Positions 1 to 9,781 of a DNA stretch of 64,000 nucleotides are shown one piece after another. The notes beneath the pieces are model-generated. The model did not search any database, was not told the DNA's origin, and worked only from the letters and a program-made list of their open reading frames with translations. A program made the translations under genes and the position numbers. How positions within the stretch are numbered: position 1 is the stretch's first letter; every line of letters begins with the position of its first letter. This DNA comes from a virus (lineage: Duplodnaviria > Caudoviricetes), in IMG/VR virus record IMGVR_UViG_3300025121_000013. One strand, written 5' to 3'.

Positions 1-235
1 CATAATATTCATCTCTAATATATGAAACGATAGCTTTTGGAAATTTTTCTAAAATCACTTGTTTTTGATTTTCAAAATCTAATGGATTTCGAAATGAACT
101 TTTAGCTTGTGAAATTCCAATAAAAATAATAACTTTTGTATGTTCATTAAATACAAATCGAATCAATTCTTCATGACCTTCATGGAGTTTATCAACTTGA
201 AATCTTCCAACTATAACTCCGACGGTGTTTTTCAT
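1..235 (-). CDS. NMN adenylyltransferase (NadM/NatV-like), N-terminal part; runs off the window
   Basis: Not in the ORF track. Manual translation from ATG at 235: MKNTVGVIVGRFQVDKLHEGHEELIRFVFNEHTKVIIFIGISQAKSSFRNPLDFE. GRFQ, HxGH and RNPL are NMNAT-family motifs. Confidence 0.8.
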   Translation of the reverse strand, partial: MKNTVGVIVGRFQVDKLHEGHEELIRFVFNEHTKVIIFIGISQAKSSFRNPLDFENQKQVILEKFPKAIVSYIRDEYY

Positions 236-262
236 CCTATCCCTTTCAAAGATATATTTGTT

Positions 263-667
263 TTAAGAAATAATAAATATTTCATTTTTATTTTTTAGAA
301 ATTTAACTGGTCTTCCAAATGATTTATATCCCATGCATCTCTTCCAACAAATTATTTCTGATCTTTCATTAAATATTTTACATGGTCTCACTATTTCAGA
401 ATGATAGATTTTCATTCGATTATATTTTAATATAAGGTTGACCTGCATTACTCCAGAATGACAATGTCCTTTCGGATTAGTTATAGCGCTTTCATATATT
501 TGTTTCACACAATGACAATCAATCTTTATTCTCTTTCCGCAAAAAGGACAAATATTAAAATTTTTGTTAAATAACCATTTATCGGAAATCTGATCAAAAA
601 ATAAATCACAAAAAGAGAAGCAATTGATTCTTAAAATACATTTATCACAAAAGAAGTTTGATTGCAT
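263..667 (-). CDS. Cys-rich protein, paralogue 1 of a four-member family
   Basis: CDKCIL..C..C, CPFCG and PC..F..CW.C.GY pattern shared with three neighbours. Confidence 0.7.
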   Translation of the reverse strand: MQSNFFCDKCILRINCFSFCDLFFDQISDKWLFNKNFNICPFCGKRIKIDCHCVKQIYESAITNPKGHCHSGVMQVNLILKYNRMKIYHSEIVRPCKIFNERSEIICWKRCMGYKSFGRPVKFLKNKNEIFIIS

Positions 668-668
668 T

Positions 669-1052
669 TTAAAATATCATATATAACTTATTTTTATTTT
701 TTAAATATAAAGTTGTCTTATCACTCAATATATAACCTATACAATTCCAACATTTTTTTGGATCATTTTTATCAAAATTAACACAATGTTTTTCTATATT
801 TATTCTATAAATACGTAATAGCATATGTCCTAGAAAACGCGTACAAACTATATCAGAGTGACAATCTCGAAGGCTAGAAAATAATGATGTAAAAACCTTA
901 CAGTTTTTTGGTGATATTTCTTTAAATGGTTGTCCACAAAATGGACATAATACATATTTTTCTTCAAAAATATATTCTTGAGATAATTGTTCTAAAAAAT
1001 TTATACAACTTTTTTTACATACTTTTTTCAAAATACAATTATCACAAATCAT
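669..1052 (-). CDS. Cys-rich protein, paralogue 2
   Basis: MICDNCIL..VC...C, CPFCG, C..FDKNDPKKCWNCIGY. Confidence 0.75.
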   Translation of the reverse strand: MICDNCILKKVCKKSCINFLEQLSQEYIFEEKYVLCPFCGQPFKEISPKNCKVFTSLFSSLRDCHSDIVCTRFLGHMLLRIYRINIEKHCVNFDKNDPKKCWNCIGYILSDKTTLYLKNKNKLYMIF

Positions 1053-1495
1053 TAAAAAACAGCCGAAATTATATTTTTATAATTTAAAAATCTACAATAA
1101 ATATCAAACTCAAAACCTAAACAGTCAAAACACTTTTTTGCATTATTTTTTTCAAACTTTTTACATGGTTTTACAATATATAAGAGGTAAATTTCAACCT
1201 CTCGATTATTAAATCTAATACCAAAATGGTATCGTCGTTCAATCCCACATTCTCTATGATAAGGTAAATCAAGAATAAGTCTTGATACAAAAATTCCACA
1301 TGAACAAAATCCATTAGATATTATATGATTACAAAATGGACATTTTCCTTTTTCTAATCTCATCAGTTCAATTTTTTCAATACTATCAATAAAGTTTTCA
1401 CATTCAAAACCACAAACATTTGTTAAGATACAATTATCACAAATCATAAAATAAAATGAATTCTTGATATTTAAATTCTGAAACATAATATCCAA
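1052..1495 (-). CDS. Cys-rich protein, paralogue 3 (probable true start at 1447, MICDNCIL)
   Basis: Internal MICDNCIL matches paralogue N-termini; CPFC and PCKKFEKNNAKKCFDCLG. Confidence 0.75.
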   Translation of the reverse strand: MDIMFQNLNIKNSFYFMICDNCILTNVCGFECENFIDSIEKIELMRLEKGKCPFCNHIISNGFCSCGIFVSRLILDLPYHRECGIERRYHFGIRFNNREVEIYLLYIVKPCKKFEKNNAKKCFDCLGFEFDIYCRFLNYKNIISAVF

Positions 1496-1667
1496 CCAAA
1501 ATTTTATTAATATCTTTCACTCGTACTTCAATAAAACATTTGGGTATATTTGTCATATAATTAATATAATCTTTTATATTTTCAATTGTTATCTTATTGA
1601 CTGGCTCAAATAAAAATTCTTCCATAACATTACTCAAAACTTCTTTTGTTCTTTTAGATATTTTCAT
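1437..1667 (-). CDS. Small hypothetical protein with an FLFEP motif like gp25/sheath C-terminal domains
   Basis: EEFLFEPVNKITIENIK; packed tightly between neighbouring genes. Confidence 0.45.
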   Translation of the reverse strand: MKISKRTKEVLSNVMEEFLFEPVNKITIENIKDYINYMTNIPKCFIEVRVKDINKILVGYYVSEFKYQEFILFYDL

Positions 1668-1992
1668 AATTTTTTTTCTTTCTGTTCCAACCTAAATTTA
1701 ACTCCTTTGTATAAACCGGAAAATGGAAGAAGCATTGGGTTTGTGACTTCACCACCAATAAATTTTTGCAGGTCTTGTGCCATCTTTGACGCTTTCATGT
1801 AACAATGAAAACAGAGATAAATATATTTCATATCAATTCTAACATTATTGGGACAATCCCAAGATCTAAAATATTATCAAAAGAAGGAACCAAATTTCCA
1901 AAATTTTCTTCAACTTCTTTTTCACAATGGTTACATTTAATTATTTTTCCCATGAAAAAGGTTCCCTTCTGTATCTTTTATATTCTCATCTT

Positions 1993-2394
1993 CTAAAATA
2001 CCATGTATATTTTATTATTATTTTCATTTATTAAATACAATATTATTGAACTATATTCTATATAATTCAGACATTTCCAACAATTTTTTGGATTATTTTT
2101 ATCAAACTTTTCACAAGGATTGTTTATTTTCATTCTGCCTATATGAATTTCCTTCATTCCAATAATAAAACTTGTAAAACTAACTCTTGAGTGGTAGTCT
2201 CTTTTTAACTCAACAAATTTATTATCTGTAAAAACAATACAATTTATATCATGAATTTTTTCATAAAAATTTATTCCACATAAAGGACAAATATTAAAAT
2301 TATCTTTACTAATATATTCTTCAGATATTTGATTTAGCAAATTTATACAATTTTTTTCACATATTTTATTTAAAATGCAATTATCACAAATCAT
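1993..2394 (-). CDS. Cys-rich protein, paralogue 4
   Basis: MICDNCILNKICEKNC, CPLCG, PCEKFDKNNPKNCWKC. Confidence 0.75.
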   Translation of the reverse strand: MICDNCILNKICEKNCINLLNQISEEYISKDNFNICPLCGINFYEKIHDINCIVFTDNKFVELKRDYHSRVSFTSFIIGMKEIHIGRMKINNPCEKFDKNNPKNCWKCLNYIEYSSIILYLINENNNKIYMVF

Positions 2395-2533
2395 CTATTC
2401 CTGAGATCAATAAAATTGGAAAAAATATAAAACAACCTATTAAAAATATTCCGATTCCAATTTCAAACCCTAACGAAATAATTAACCCAATAATTATAAA
2501 CAAAAGTCCAACAAAAAATAAACAACCAGTCAT
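2384..2533 (-). CDS. 49-aa hydrophobic membrane peptide
   Basis: Manual translation MTGCLFFVGLLFIIIGLIISLGFEIGIGIFLIGCFIFFPILLISGIDDL; its ATG overlaps the upstream stop (ATGA). Confidence 0.55.
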   Translation of the reverse strand: MTGCLFFVGLLFIIIGLIISLGFEIGIGIFLIGCFIFFPILLISGIDDL

Positions 2534-3963
2534 AAATATGAATTCAAAATATATTTCATTTTATCAAATTTATCATCTAATTTTCCAGAGAAATAATCAC
2601 TAAAATATTCTATCATCTCAGACTCAATTTTTGTTAAAGGAATACCTGGTAAAGGAGCGCCTGTGATCGTATGATAAAAGCCAGCTCTGGAAATTCTTCC
2701 TATAAAATAACTTAAAGTATTATATAAAAAGACTTTGGTTTTAAATCCAAAAAAGGTTGAATCATTTTGTTTTTCTATATATTCTTTAACTGACTTTATT
2801 GTATAGGTTGTCATCAATGCCGGAGAAGCGGTTGGATAATATTCCAATAATGTAAAGAGATTTTTATATTCATTATCAAAAACTTTTTGAAGAATTTTAC
2901 TAACCAAGATTGAAACCACCGCAGAATGTTCTGGAGATAAAGTTTTGAAATGTACATAAGGAATATTTGTAATTTTTGAAAGAACTGGAAAAGTCAAACA
3001 TTCACACAAGGGAGAAATAAATTCAGACTTTCCTATTCTTGTTTGAAATTCTAATAATTTTAAATCTTCATTCTTGCTATCAAAATGAGAACTTGATTCT
3101 TTTTCAATCGTGTCATAAATCAATTCATATGAAACGCCCTTAATTCTTCCAAGTCCACTATTATATGTATAGGTTTTTAAATTATCTGTACTTGGGGTAT
3201 AAATATCTTCAGTTGAAATACTATCCTCATAAACGATTGTGTCTTTATAAACTGATCTCAAAAACCATTTTACCGATTCATCTGTAACCCCAATAAAATA
3301 AGTGATTGGGTTTTTATCTTCTTCACAAAGAATTAAAATACTATTCATAACAAAATTAAAAATCTCAACTACATGAATATCAATTGATTTACAACGAATT
3401 GCCATAATATAATCCCACATTGATTTATCTGTCAAATTATATCTAAATGTTTTTGTTTTTATTAAGTCAAAAATCTTTACGGCAATATCTGATTTTGAAA
3501 CATCATCGGCTACCAAATTATAAATCTTTTTATATTGATTTTGATTCAACTTATCTTTTGAATTAGAAAAAATCGCTATAAGTTTTAAATAAGAAGATAG
3601 CTTAATTATTTTTTCGATCTCGTCAGGCATAAATAAAATACTTGTTTTCTTAGCTTTAGATAAATCAACATGTTTATTAAAATCCAAACCAGAATTTAAA
3701 ATATAATCATCAACATATTTTTTTATGATTGGAATATTATTTTCAAGAATTTCCAATCTATTTTCCATATTATCTTGATATTCAGAAATCATATTAAAAT
3801 ACCATTTTGAAAATTCATCACCAAACATCTTTAAAAGATTGTTTATAAAATTTTCCACAATAAAAAACTTGTTGGTTACAGTTGAGCTAATTAATTGAAC
3901 TTGTCTTTCGGTTGATCCATCACTGATTTTAACAACTTTTTCTTTGGGATCAAATTCGAACAA
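2530..3963 (-). CDS. Conserved jumbo-phage protein; possible sigma-like promoter-specificity subunit (phiKZ gp68/AR9 gp226-like)
   Basis: 477-aa ORF with SD (AGGAGG). Size and spaced patterns (TSILF..D..KI..LS.YLK; SPLC..LTF.VL.K) recall gp68/gp226 from memory only. Confidence 0.35.
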   Translation of the reverse strand: MFEFDPKEKVVKISDGSTERQVQLISSTVTNKFFIVENFINNLLKMFGDEFSKWYFNMISEYQDNMENRLEILENNIPIIKKYVDDYILNSGLDFNKHVDLSKAKKTSILFMPDEIEKIIKLSSYLKLIAIFSNSKDKLNQNQYKKIYNLVADDVSKSDIAVKIFDLIKTKTFRYNLTDKSMWDYIMAIRCKSIDIHVVEIFNFVMNSILILCEEDKNPITYFIGVTDESVKWFLRSVYKDTIVYEDSISTEDIYTPSTDNLKTYTYNSGLGRIKGVSYELIYDTIEKESSSHFDSKNEDLKLLEFQTRIGKSEFISPLCECLTFPVLSKITNIPYVHFKTLSPEHSAVVSILVSKILQKVFDNEYKNLFTLLEYYPTASPALMTTYTIKSVKEYIEKQNDSTFFGFKTKVFLYNTLSYFIGRISRAGFYHTITGAPLPGIPLTKIESEMIEYFSDYFSGKLDDKFDKMKYILNSYL

Positions 3964-4021
3964 ATTAGCCTCCTTCTTTTGGGTTCAAAAAAAAAGAAAT
4001 GGATAAATATAGATCTCAAAT

Positions 4022-4035
4022 ATTAATATATATAG
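4022..4035 (-). promoter_or_regulatory. Conserved 14-nt motif ATTAATATATATAG (minus strand CTATATATATTAAT), candidate early promoter
   Basis: Exact copy 1 of 4; upstream of the minus-strand block starting at 3963. Confidence 0.6.
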
Positions 4036-4100
4036 AAGACGGGAGGTCAAAGAAGAAATAAAGGGGATATTGTATTTGTTCTTTTTATGAAAAAAAATAT

Positions 4101-4619
4101 CTATTTAATGATAAAACGTTTAACCATTGAAATCAAAATCGCTTTATCAAAAAATTCTCCAGGACAAGTAATTTTTTCATTAGTGCTAACTTCGTTATGA
4201 AGGAGGATTTTTTCTGGACGGAGTGTGTGAAATACTCGAATGAGAGGATTGATTAAACGATAAGCCAAAACTTCATAAAGGCGAGGCTCTGGAATTTTAA
4301 AATCATATGAACCTAAACATGCAATATGAATAGAATTTTCATTGATATTAAAAGGAATATCATCCCACTCACAAATATAAACAAAAGGCCTCCCAGCTAA
4401 AACTTGATAATCATCATCAATCTTTTCAATAATATAATGATAATTTATATCAGCTTGCTTTTTTTCTAAAACGCCTTTTAAAACTCCAGGCAATTGATAT
4501 TTTCCATTGTCTATTCTGGAAGAGGGAATATCATATATTTCTGAAGTATGATGTATAATTATCCATCGTGGTTTACGATATCTAGTTTTCATCAAGCTGG
4601 GCTTAAAAGGAATTTTCAT
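4101..4619 (-). CDS. N-acetylmuramoyl-L-alanine amidase (Amidase_2, T7 lysozyme-like)
   Basis: IIIHHT, YHYII, SIHIACLG, HNEV and TCPG zinc-amidase motifs. Confidence 0.85.
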   Translation of the reverse strand: MKIPFKPSLMKTRYRKPRWIIIHHTSEIYDIPSSRIDNGKYQLPGVLKGVLEKKQADINYHYIIEKIDDDYQVLAGRPFVYICEWDDIPFNINENSIHIACLGSYDFKIPEPRLYEVLAYRLINPLIRVFHTLRPEKILLHNEVSTNEKITCPGEFFDKAILISMVKRFIIK

Positions 4620-4628
4620 ATTATACCT

Positions 4629-5870
4629 CTAAGAAAACTCAGAACGTTTTTCTTTTATAATATTTGTATAATAAGTTTTTTGAATCTTTTTGTCATTAAA
4701 ATGTTGCAAACGATCAGGAAGAAGATCTGGAATAACTGCATTTACCATTGACTCAATTATAACACGAGTTCCTATATTTGTAATTTCATCTTCTCTTAAA
4801 TTATTTATATTTTTCCATCTGTTATTCAATTCTTCAAATCTTTCAATGGTTAAAGACCCAGAAGTGTCTTCTCCATTTGGCAATCTATCCTTTCCACAAA
4901 CTGGAGAAAAATCTTCTATCGTATTTGTTAACGTCGTATATCCAACAAATTTAAAATAATCAAAATTCCATTCAACAGTTCCCATAAGCCAATCTGTTGC
5001 TGAAATTGTCATTCCAGGATGAGGTTCAGAAATGACATTTCCAAAAATATCCATCCATTGAAATCTATATCCGCCGCCGGCTAAAATAATTCCTTTATGT
5101 GTTGGACTTCCCGCAACCAAAGCAATTTGATTTCTAATTTGTGGGGTGTTAACTAAATATATTTCATCAAAAGAAGTTGAGTCCTCATAAACAAAATTGA
5201 TTATCCCCATCATCTCATCATAGATCTCATTCATATTCAAAACATAATTATAATCATTTTTTTCTTTATTATCAGAGGCTTGATCTAAAATTTTTTGATA
5301 TGTATCCGCTGGATCTTCATAATTTAAATACATATATTCGGCTTGAAAAGATTCTTGGTCTATACAATATGTCGTTATCAAATCTATAATATTATTTGCT
5401 GTTGTCCATTCTCCACTAGTTCTTTTTAAAATAAATAGTTGATATAATTCTTGAAATTGAAGATCAGATAAAAGGGTCGGTCTATTACTATATGGCATTT
5501 CATAATCTTTAAAATATTGCCCAGTCGAAGGATTAATTGTAATTACCCAATTCGACATTGAGTCAATTCTTGATTGCTTTAATTCAGTAAAATTTAATTC
5601 TCCATCTGTCAAAGTTCCTTCGGTTGTTTTAATATATGAATCTAAAAAAGAAAGTTCATTTAAAAGCCACTCAAAATGATTTTTTGGATTTTGAATATCA
5701 ATGTCAGATAAAATGCCTCCATCCTCTTCTAAAAATAAACCATCCAATACCCAAATTTTCATCTTTAAAATTTCTTTATCTGAAGAATTATTATAATCTA
5801 AAATAAATAATTGGTCTCTTATATATTGAAGAGGGTCTGTGAAATTATCTTGATTTCTAATAACAGCCAT
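4629..5870 (-). CDS. Hypothetical acidic protein, probably baseplate/structural
   Basis: 413-aa ORF directly downstream of the PAAR/spike genes. Confidence 0.5.
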   Translation of the reverse strand: MAVIRNQDNFTDPLQYIRDQLFILDYNNSSDKEILKMKIWVLDGLFLEEDGGILSDIDIQNPKNHFEWLLNELSFLDSYIKTTEGTLTDGELNFTELKQSRIDSMSNWVITINPSTGQYFKDYEMPYSNRPTLLSDLQFQELYQLFILKRTSGEWTTANNIIDLITTYCIDQESFQAEYMYLNYEDPADTYQKILDQASDNKEKNDYNYVLNMNEIYDEMMGIINFVYEDSTSFDEIYLVNTPQIRNQIALVAGSPTHKGIILAGGGYRFQWMDIFGNVISEPHPGMTISATDWLMGTVEWNFDYFKFVGYTTLTNTIEDFSPVCGKDRLPNGEDTSGSLTIERFEELNNRWKNINNLREDEITNIGTRVIIESMVNAVIPDLLPDRLQHFNDKKIQKTYYTNIIKEKRSEFS

Positions 5871-6173
5871 TTAGCCTCCAACCAAAACATTCGCCGCTCC
5901 AGTCACAATTAATCCGGTAAAACACCCAACAAAAGTTGAGCTGATTCTAGCAATTGGCACCCCACCAGTTATGGCTAAATTTGACCCTGAAACAACAACG
6001 CCCACATGTCCACAAGTTCCTATAATAATACTTGAAACTACCCCAGTTGGAAGGCCCTGAACAAGAACCGAAGAATTTCCTGAAATTATAAAACCGGTCA
6101 TAGGAATGCAAGGAGGGTCTGAGTGGCAACAACACGTTCCCGTTCCTATGCTCGATAATGTCGCTCTATTCAT
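5871..6173 (-). CDS. PAAR-like spike tip protein
   Basis: Gly-rich 100 aa with C.CH and CGH metal ligands, GVPIARI, IVTGAANVLVGG; follows the gp5-like gene. Confidence 0.8.
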   Translation of the reverse strand: MNRATLSSIGTGTCCCHSDPPCIPMTGFIISGNSSVLVQGLPTGVVSSIIIGTCGHVGVVVSGSNLAITGGVPIARISSTFVGCFTGLIVTGAANVLVGG

Positions 6174-6175
6174 TT

Positions 6176-7126
6176 TTATGAATCCCTATCCCCTTCTGGA
6201 TTATTTATGGTTACCGTCGAAGGAGATAAAGCTGGAGTCGCTCCCATTTGCTCTCGAACTAAAGAACCTTGTAAGCTAACAATTCCACTTGTCAAAACAT
6301 CGACATTTGTAGTTGATTGAATATTTAAACTTGATAAACTTTTAATATTCATTCCCGATGTTCCCTGGACAAAACAATTTAACCCAGCTCTAATTCCAAT
6401 ATTTAATATAGATTGTATTTGAATATTTCGATTGCATTTAATATTTAAATTCTTCCCAGTTATAATATTTAAATTTCCATTGGTTTTAATTGTAATGTCA
6501 TTATCAAAAGACATTTCCAATTTTCTATCTGAAACATTAATATTTATAAAATCTCCTTTATAAGTTCTTACCAAAATTTTTTCTTTTCCTGTTCTTTCAT
6601 CTAATAAAATTGTGGTTTGATTTCCATCAATTTCATAAACTGAATTTGTATCTCCAGAAGGAGGATTTGAAATATTTCTTTTCTTTCCAGTTATTTCAAC
6701 TCTTTGATCATATGGGTCATCTGATACAACAATGCATCTTCCATTTGAACTTTTAAAAATAACCCACTTATCTTCGTAATTTGTTCCAACTTGACACTCC
6801 GGTAAAACTTTAGCATTTTCTAAATCTAAAGATGCAAAATAAAAAGGATTAGAAGGATTTCCTCCTTCAAAAAATATCCAAACCCATGAGCCAACCTTAG
6901 GATTATATGAAGTTCCTGAATAATAACAATCACTTGAAGATTCTGTGTTTCGCCCTCCCATCGGATTATTTGCGGGTCTGGCAAATATCCCTTGATCATC
7001 AGGAATATTTGACATTAAATCTGGAATCCAAACTAACACTCTTCCATATTTTTGTTGATCTTTATTATTAACAACCCTCGCTCTATAAAACCCATAAACC
7101 CCTTGTTTAATATCTAGTTTTTTCAT
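6176..7126 (-). CDS. Baseplate central spike (T4 gp5/VgrG-like OB fold plus beta-helix)
   Basis: YRARVVNNKD...GRVLVWIP; PKVGSWVWIFFEGGNPSNP; C-terminal beta-helix-like repeats. Confidence 0.85.
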   Translation of the reverse strand: MKKLDIKQGVYGFYRARVVNNKDQQKYGRVLVWIPDLMSNIPDDQGIFARPANNPMGGRNTESSSDCYYSGTSYNPKVGSWVWIFFEGGNPSNPFYFASLDLENAKVLPECQVGTNYEDKWVIFKSSNGRCIVVSDDPYDQRVEITGKKRNISNPPSGDTNSVYEIDGNQTTILLDERTGKEKILVRTYKGDFININVSDRKLEMSFDNDITIKTNGNLNIITGKNLNIKCNRNIQIQSILNIGIRAGLNCFVQGTSGMNIKSLSSLNIQSTTNVDVLTSGIVSLQGSLVREQMGATPALSPSTVTINNPEGDRDS

Positions 7127-7129
7127 TTT

Positions 7130-7903
7130 TTATTTCTTAAAAAAACCTATGGCTATGTTTTTAAATTTGCTTAAATTATTTGTTTTTGCAGCCTCCTCTA
7201 ATTCTTTTGATTTTAACAAATTTTCAACTCGTGTTTGTAATGAAGGGTGTTCTCCTAACTCATTTGTTATTTTTGATTCGACTTTACAAATAAAACCACA
7301 TTGTTGACTATTTATCAATCTTGTATAAACCTTATCAAGTTTTTTAAGTGAAGATATTAACTCATCTCCATATCCATATTTGGAAGCATAACTATCAGAC
7401 ATCTTTTCATATTTTCGACCAAAAATCAATTTATATGGAATTTCAAATATAAAACAAGAAAGTGAAAAAGCTATTATTCCAGAAAAGGGGATAACTGCAT
7501 TCGAAGAAATTGCTACAAATGCTGCCAAATAAAAAATTATATATTTATAAGATAAATCTTTATATATATGTAAATCTAAGACATGCCAAACCTCATGTAA
7601 TAAAACTGAAATGACTTCCCTTGGGGTTAAAATATCCACAAGGCCAGATGTTACAAAAATTACTTTAGGCCCGATAATAAAGGCGTTTGGAGTTTTTTCT
7701 TTTACAATTCTAACCTCAAATTTCTTTCCTAAAGGAACTAAAACTTTATTTAATTGATCAGTTAGATTTTTATCTGGACTTATTTTTTTACTTGAAAATA
7801 AAGTTAAAATAAAAGATATCATGCCAATAATACTTGACAACACAGCGATAGATCCAACCACCAAAACTAAGGATTCATTTTGTATTTCTCTATTATCTTT
7901 CAT
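7130..7903 (-). CDS. M48 family (HtpX-like) membrane zinc metalloprotease
   Basis: PNAF, VTSGL, HEVWH (HExxH), E..SD.YA, HPSLQTR, plus hydrophobic segments. Confidence 0.85.
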   Translation of the reverse strand: MKDNREIQNESLVLVVGSIAVLSSIIGMISFILTLFSSKKISPDKNLTDQLNKVLVPLGKKFEVRIVKEKTPNAFIIGPKVIFVTSGLVDILTPREVISVLLHEVWHVLDLHIYKDLSYKYIIFYLAAFVAISSNAVIPFSGIIAFSLSCFIFEIPYKLIFGRKYEKMSDSYASKYGYGDELISSLKKLDKVYTRLINSQQCGFICKVESKITNELGEHPSLQTRVENLLKSKELEEAAKTNNLSKFKNIAIGFFKK

Positions 7904-8796
7904 TTTATTTTAAAAACCTCTTTTTGTAATAGACCTATTTTAATATATTCATTCTCATTATATTTCGAAATAAAATTAGGAATTAAATTTGAACTTTTAA
8001 CAGTGGAAGCAAAAATTGATGAACAAAATCTGCTAAGATCTTCAAGACTTGGTAAAAAATTTACCCCAAATAATTTTAAAAATTTAGATGTAAATTTATA
8101 TTGATCTAAACCTGGCATGACTTTAAATCTTGATAAGGAAATTATCAAAGCCCTTATATCAGAAAAATCTAAAGTGTCTAATTCCTTTTTTATTTCCTTA
8201 TAATTAACCAAAGATAATGAAGAAGATAAAATATAAGACTTCTCAGCTTTCTCATGAAAAAATGATTGATAAATATATACCCCTAAAAGAAATTTCAACT
8301 TTGGAATCTCAGAAGAATAAATACCTAAAAGTCCATAATCTTTTCCAAATAATCTGATCATAACAGATAAATAATAATTTATAATAGCCGATGCGTACAA
8401 AGGTTTTATCGGAGAAATGCCATAAATAAATCTATGAAAGGATACCCCATATAAAATCATAGCATAAAGAGTTTGAATATTTATTCGACTAAACTCAGAT
8501 ACATGAAATGGTTTTAAATTTAAAATTATTTGCTCAGTTTTAATATTTAAAGTGATTGGTAATAAGTAATTTTCAAATTCAACAATTTTAAACATGTCTA
8601 AATTTTCTTCTTTAAAAAGTTTAAAAATAGGTTCTTTAGCAATATGTAAAATTCTTTTTTCATTTATTTTTAAAAAAGCAAAAAGATTTTTTGTTGAATT
8701 TTCTGGGATAGAATAAAAATCTAAATCTTTTTTTGTAAGGTCAATTAAATTTGTTGTTCCTCTCAATAGGTCAAAAGACTTTTTATAATCTATCAT
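7900..8796 (-). CDS. Hypothetical protein
   Basis: 298-aa ORF overlapping both neighbours in the operon. Confidence 0.6.
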   Translation of the reverse strand: MIDYKKSFDLLRGTTNLIDLTKKDLDFYSIPENSTKNLFAFLKINEKRILHIAKEPIFKLFKEENLDMFKIVEFENYLLPITLNIKTEQIILNLKPFHVSEFSRINIQTLYAMILYGVSFHRFIYGISPIKPLYASAIINYYLSVMIRLFGKDYGLLGIYSSEIPKLKFLLGVYIYQSFFHEKAEKSYILSSSLSLVNYKEIKKELDTLDFSDIRALIISLSRFKVMPGLDQYKFTSKFLKLFGVNFLPSLEDLSRFCSSIFASTVKSSNLIPNFISKYNENEYIKIGLLQKEVFKIK

Positions 8797-9185
8797 TATA
8801 AATTTACCCTTGTTAAAGAATCAACGTCTTTTAAGGGAAAAAGATCTTGAACAATTTCAGTTAAAGCCCAACTCGTAGGAATAACAACCTTATCCAAATC
8901 AAATTCTTCCCTCGACATAACGCCATTTACGTACATAAGAATCTGCCCATAATTTATAGTTCCATATTCATCAAAAGATAAATCCATAGGTTTAAACTTA
9001 TATTTTTTATTAAATGGTTTTTCTGAAGAATTTCTTAAAAGAAAAAATAAATTCTTTTCCAATGTCCAGAGGGATGGAGATTGGAAAATAAATATTTCAT
9101 TTGACGTAACATATTTTTCAGACATATTAGAAATATCTAAAGGCATTCTTATTAATTGTCTGACATCTTGATCGATTGTTATCAT
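8796..9185 (-). CDS. Baseplate wedge protein, T4 gp53/LysM-like
   Basis: LSFDEYGTINYGQILMYVNG pattern; structural gene context. Confidence 0.5.
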   Translation of the reverse strand: MITIDQDVRQLIRMPLDISNMSEKYVTSNEIFIFQSPSLWTLEKNLFFLLRNSSEKPFNKKYKFKPMDLSFDEYGTINYGQILMYVNGVMSREEFDLDKVVIPTSWALTEIVQDLFPLKDVDSLTRVNL

Positions 9186-9781
9186 TATGCTATTTTCCTA
9201 TAATCATCTTTAGACCATGTACAATTACTTTCATTTATCGATAATCTTTGTTGTATTAATTGTAAGTCAGAATCCTCAATATATTTTGAGTATTTCTCGA
9301 TAAAATATTTATAATCTCCTTTAATCAAACTTTGTGGGATTGTTAAAAAACCATTATGAAATTTTTCATGAAGTGTTTTTACCAAACAAATATATCCTAT
9401 CTTATTCATAAAATGTAATCTTATTGCCTCATCGGATATATCAAAAGATGAAAACTTTTCCTTCTCTTCAATTTTTTTATTTATCAAAGTTTTTATTAAA
9501 ATATATAAAGAAGGAACATGATGATGAACTTCGATAGAAACTTCATCTATTAATTCATTGGTTATAAAACAATGATTCATCCCTATCACATCTATAATAT
9601 AATTTTTCCATTGTTTATATTCTAAGGAAATTCTAACTAATTTTTCACAAGATCTTATAAATTGAACATAGGCTTTTTCATCTTCAAAATTTTCAATTTT
9701 TAAACTTAAACGAAATGGAACTGTATCGCTATATAATTCAAGATCTTTTATATTTGATCTTAATTCAATATTATCACCCAT
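9185..9781 (-). CDS. Hypothetical protein with an HNH-like His pattern
   Basis: C.IT...IEVHHH...LVKTLHEKFH. Confidence 0.45.
   Translation of the reverse strand: MGDNIELRSNIKDLELYSDTVPFRLSLKIENFEDEKAYVQFIRSCEKLVRISLEYKQWKNYIIDVIGMNHCFITNELIDEVSIEVHHHVPSLYILIKTLINKKIEEKEKFSSFDISDEAIRLHFMNKIGYICLVKTLHEKFHNGFLTIPQSLIKGDYKYFIEKYSKYIEDSDLQLIQQRLSINESNCTWSKDDYRKIA

Noticed and set aside
1668-1990. Two short minus-strand ORFs (42 and 55 aa) with CxxC motifs, possibly one frameshifted gene
   Set aside because: They are joined by a normal ATGA overlap and the alternative frame has stops; too little evidence for a frameshift or pseudogene.
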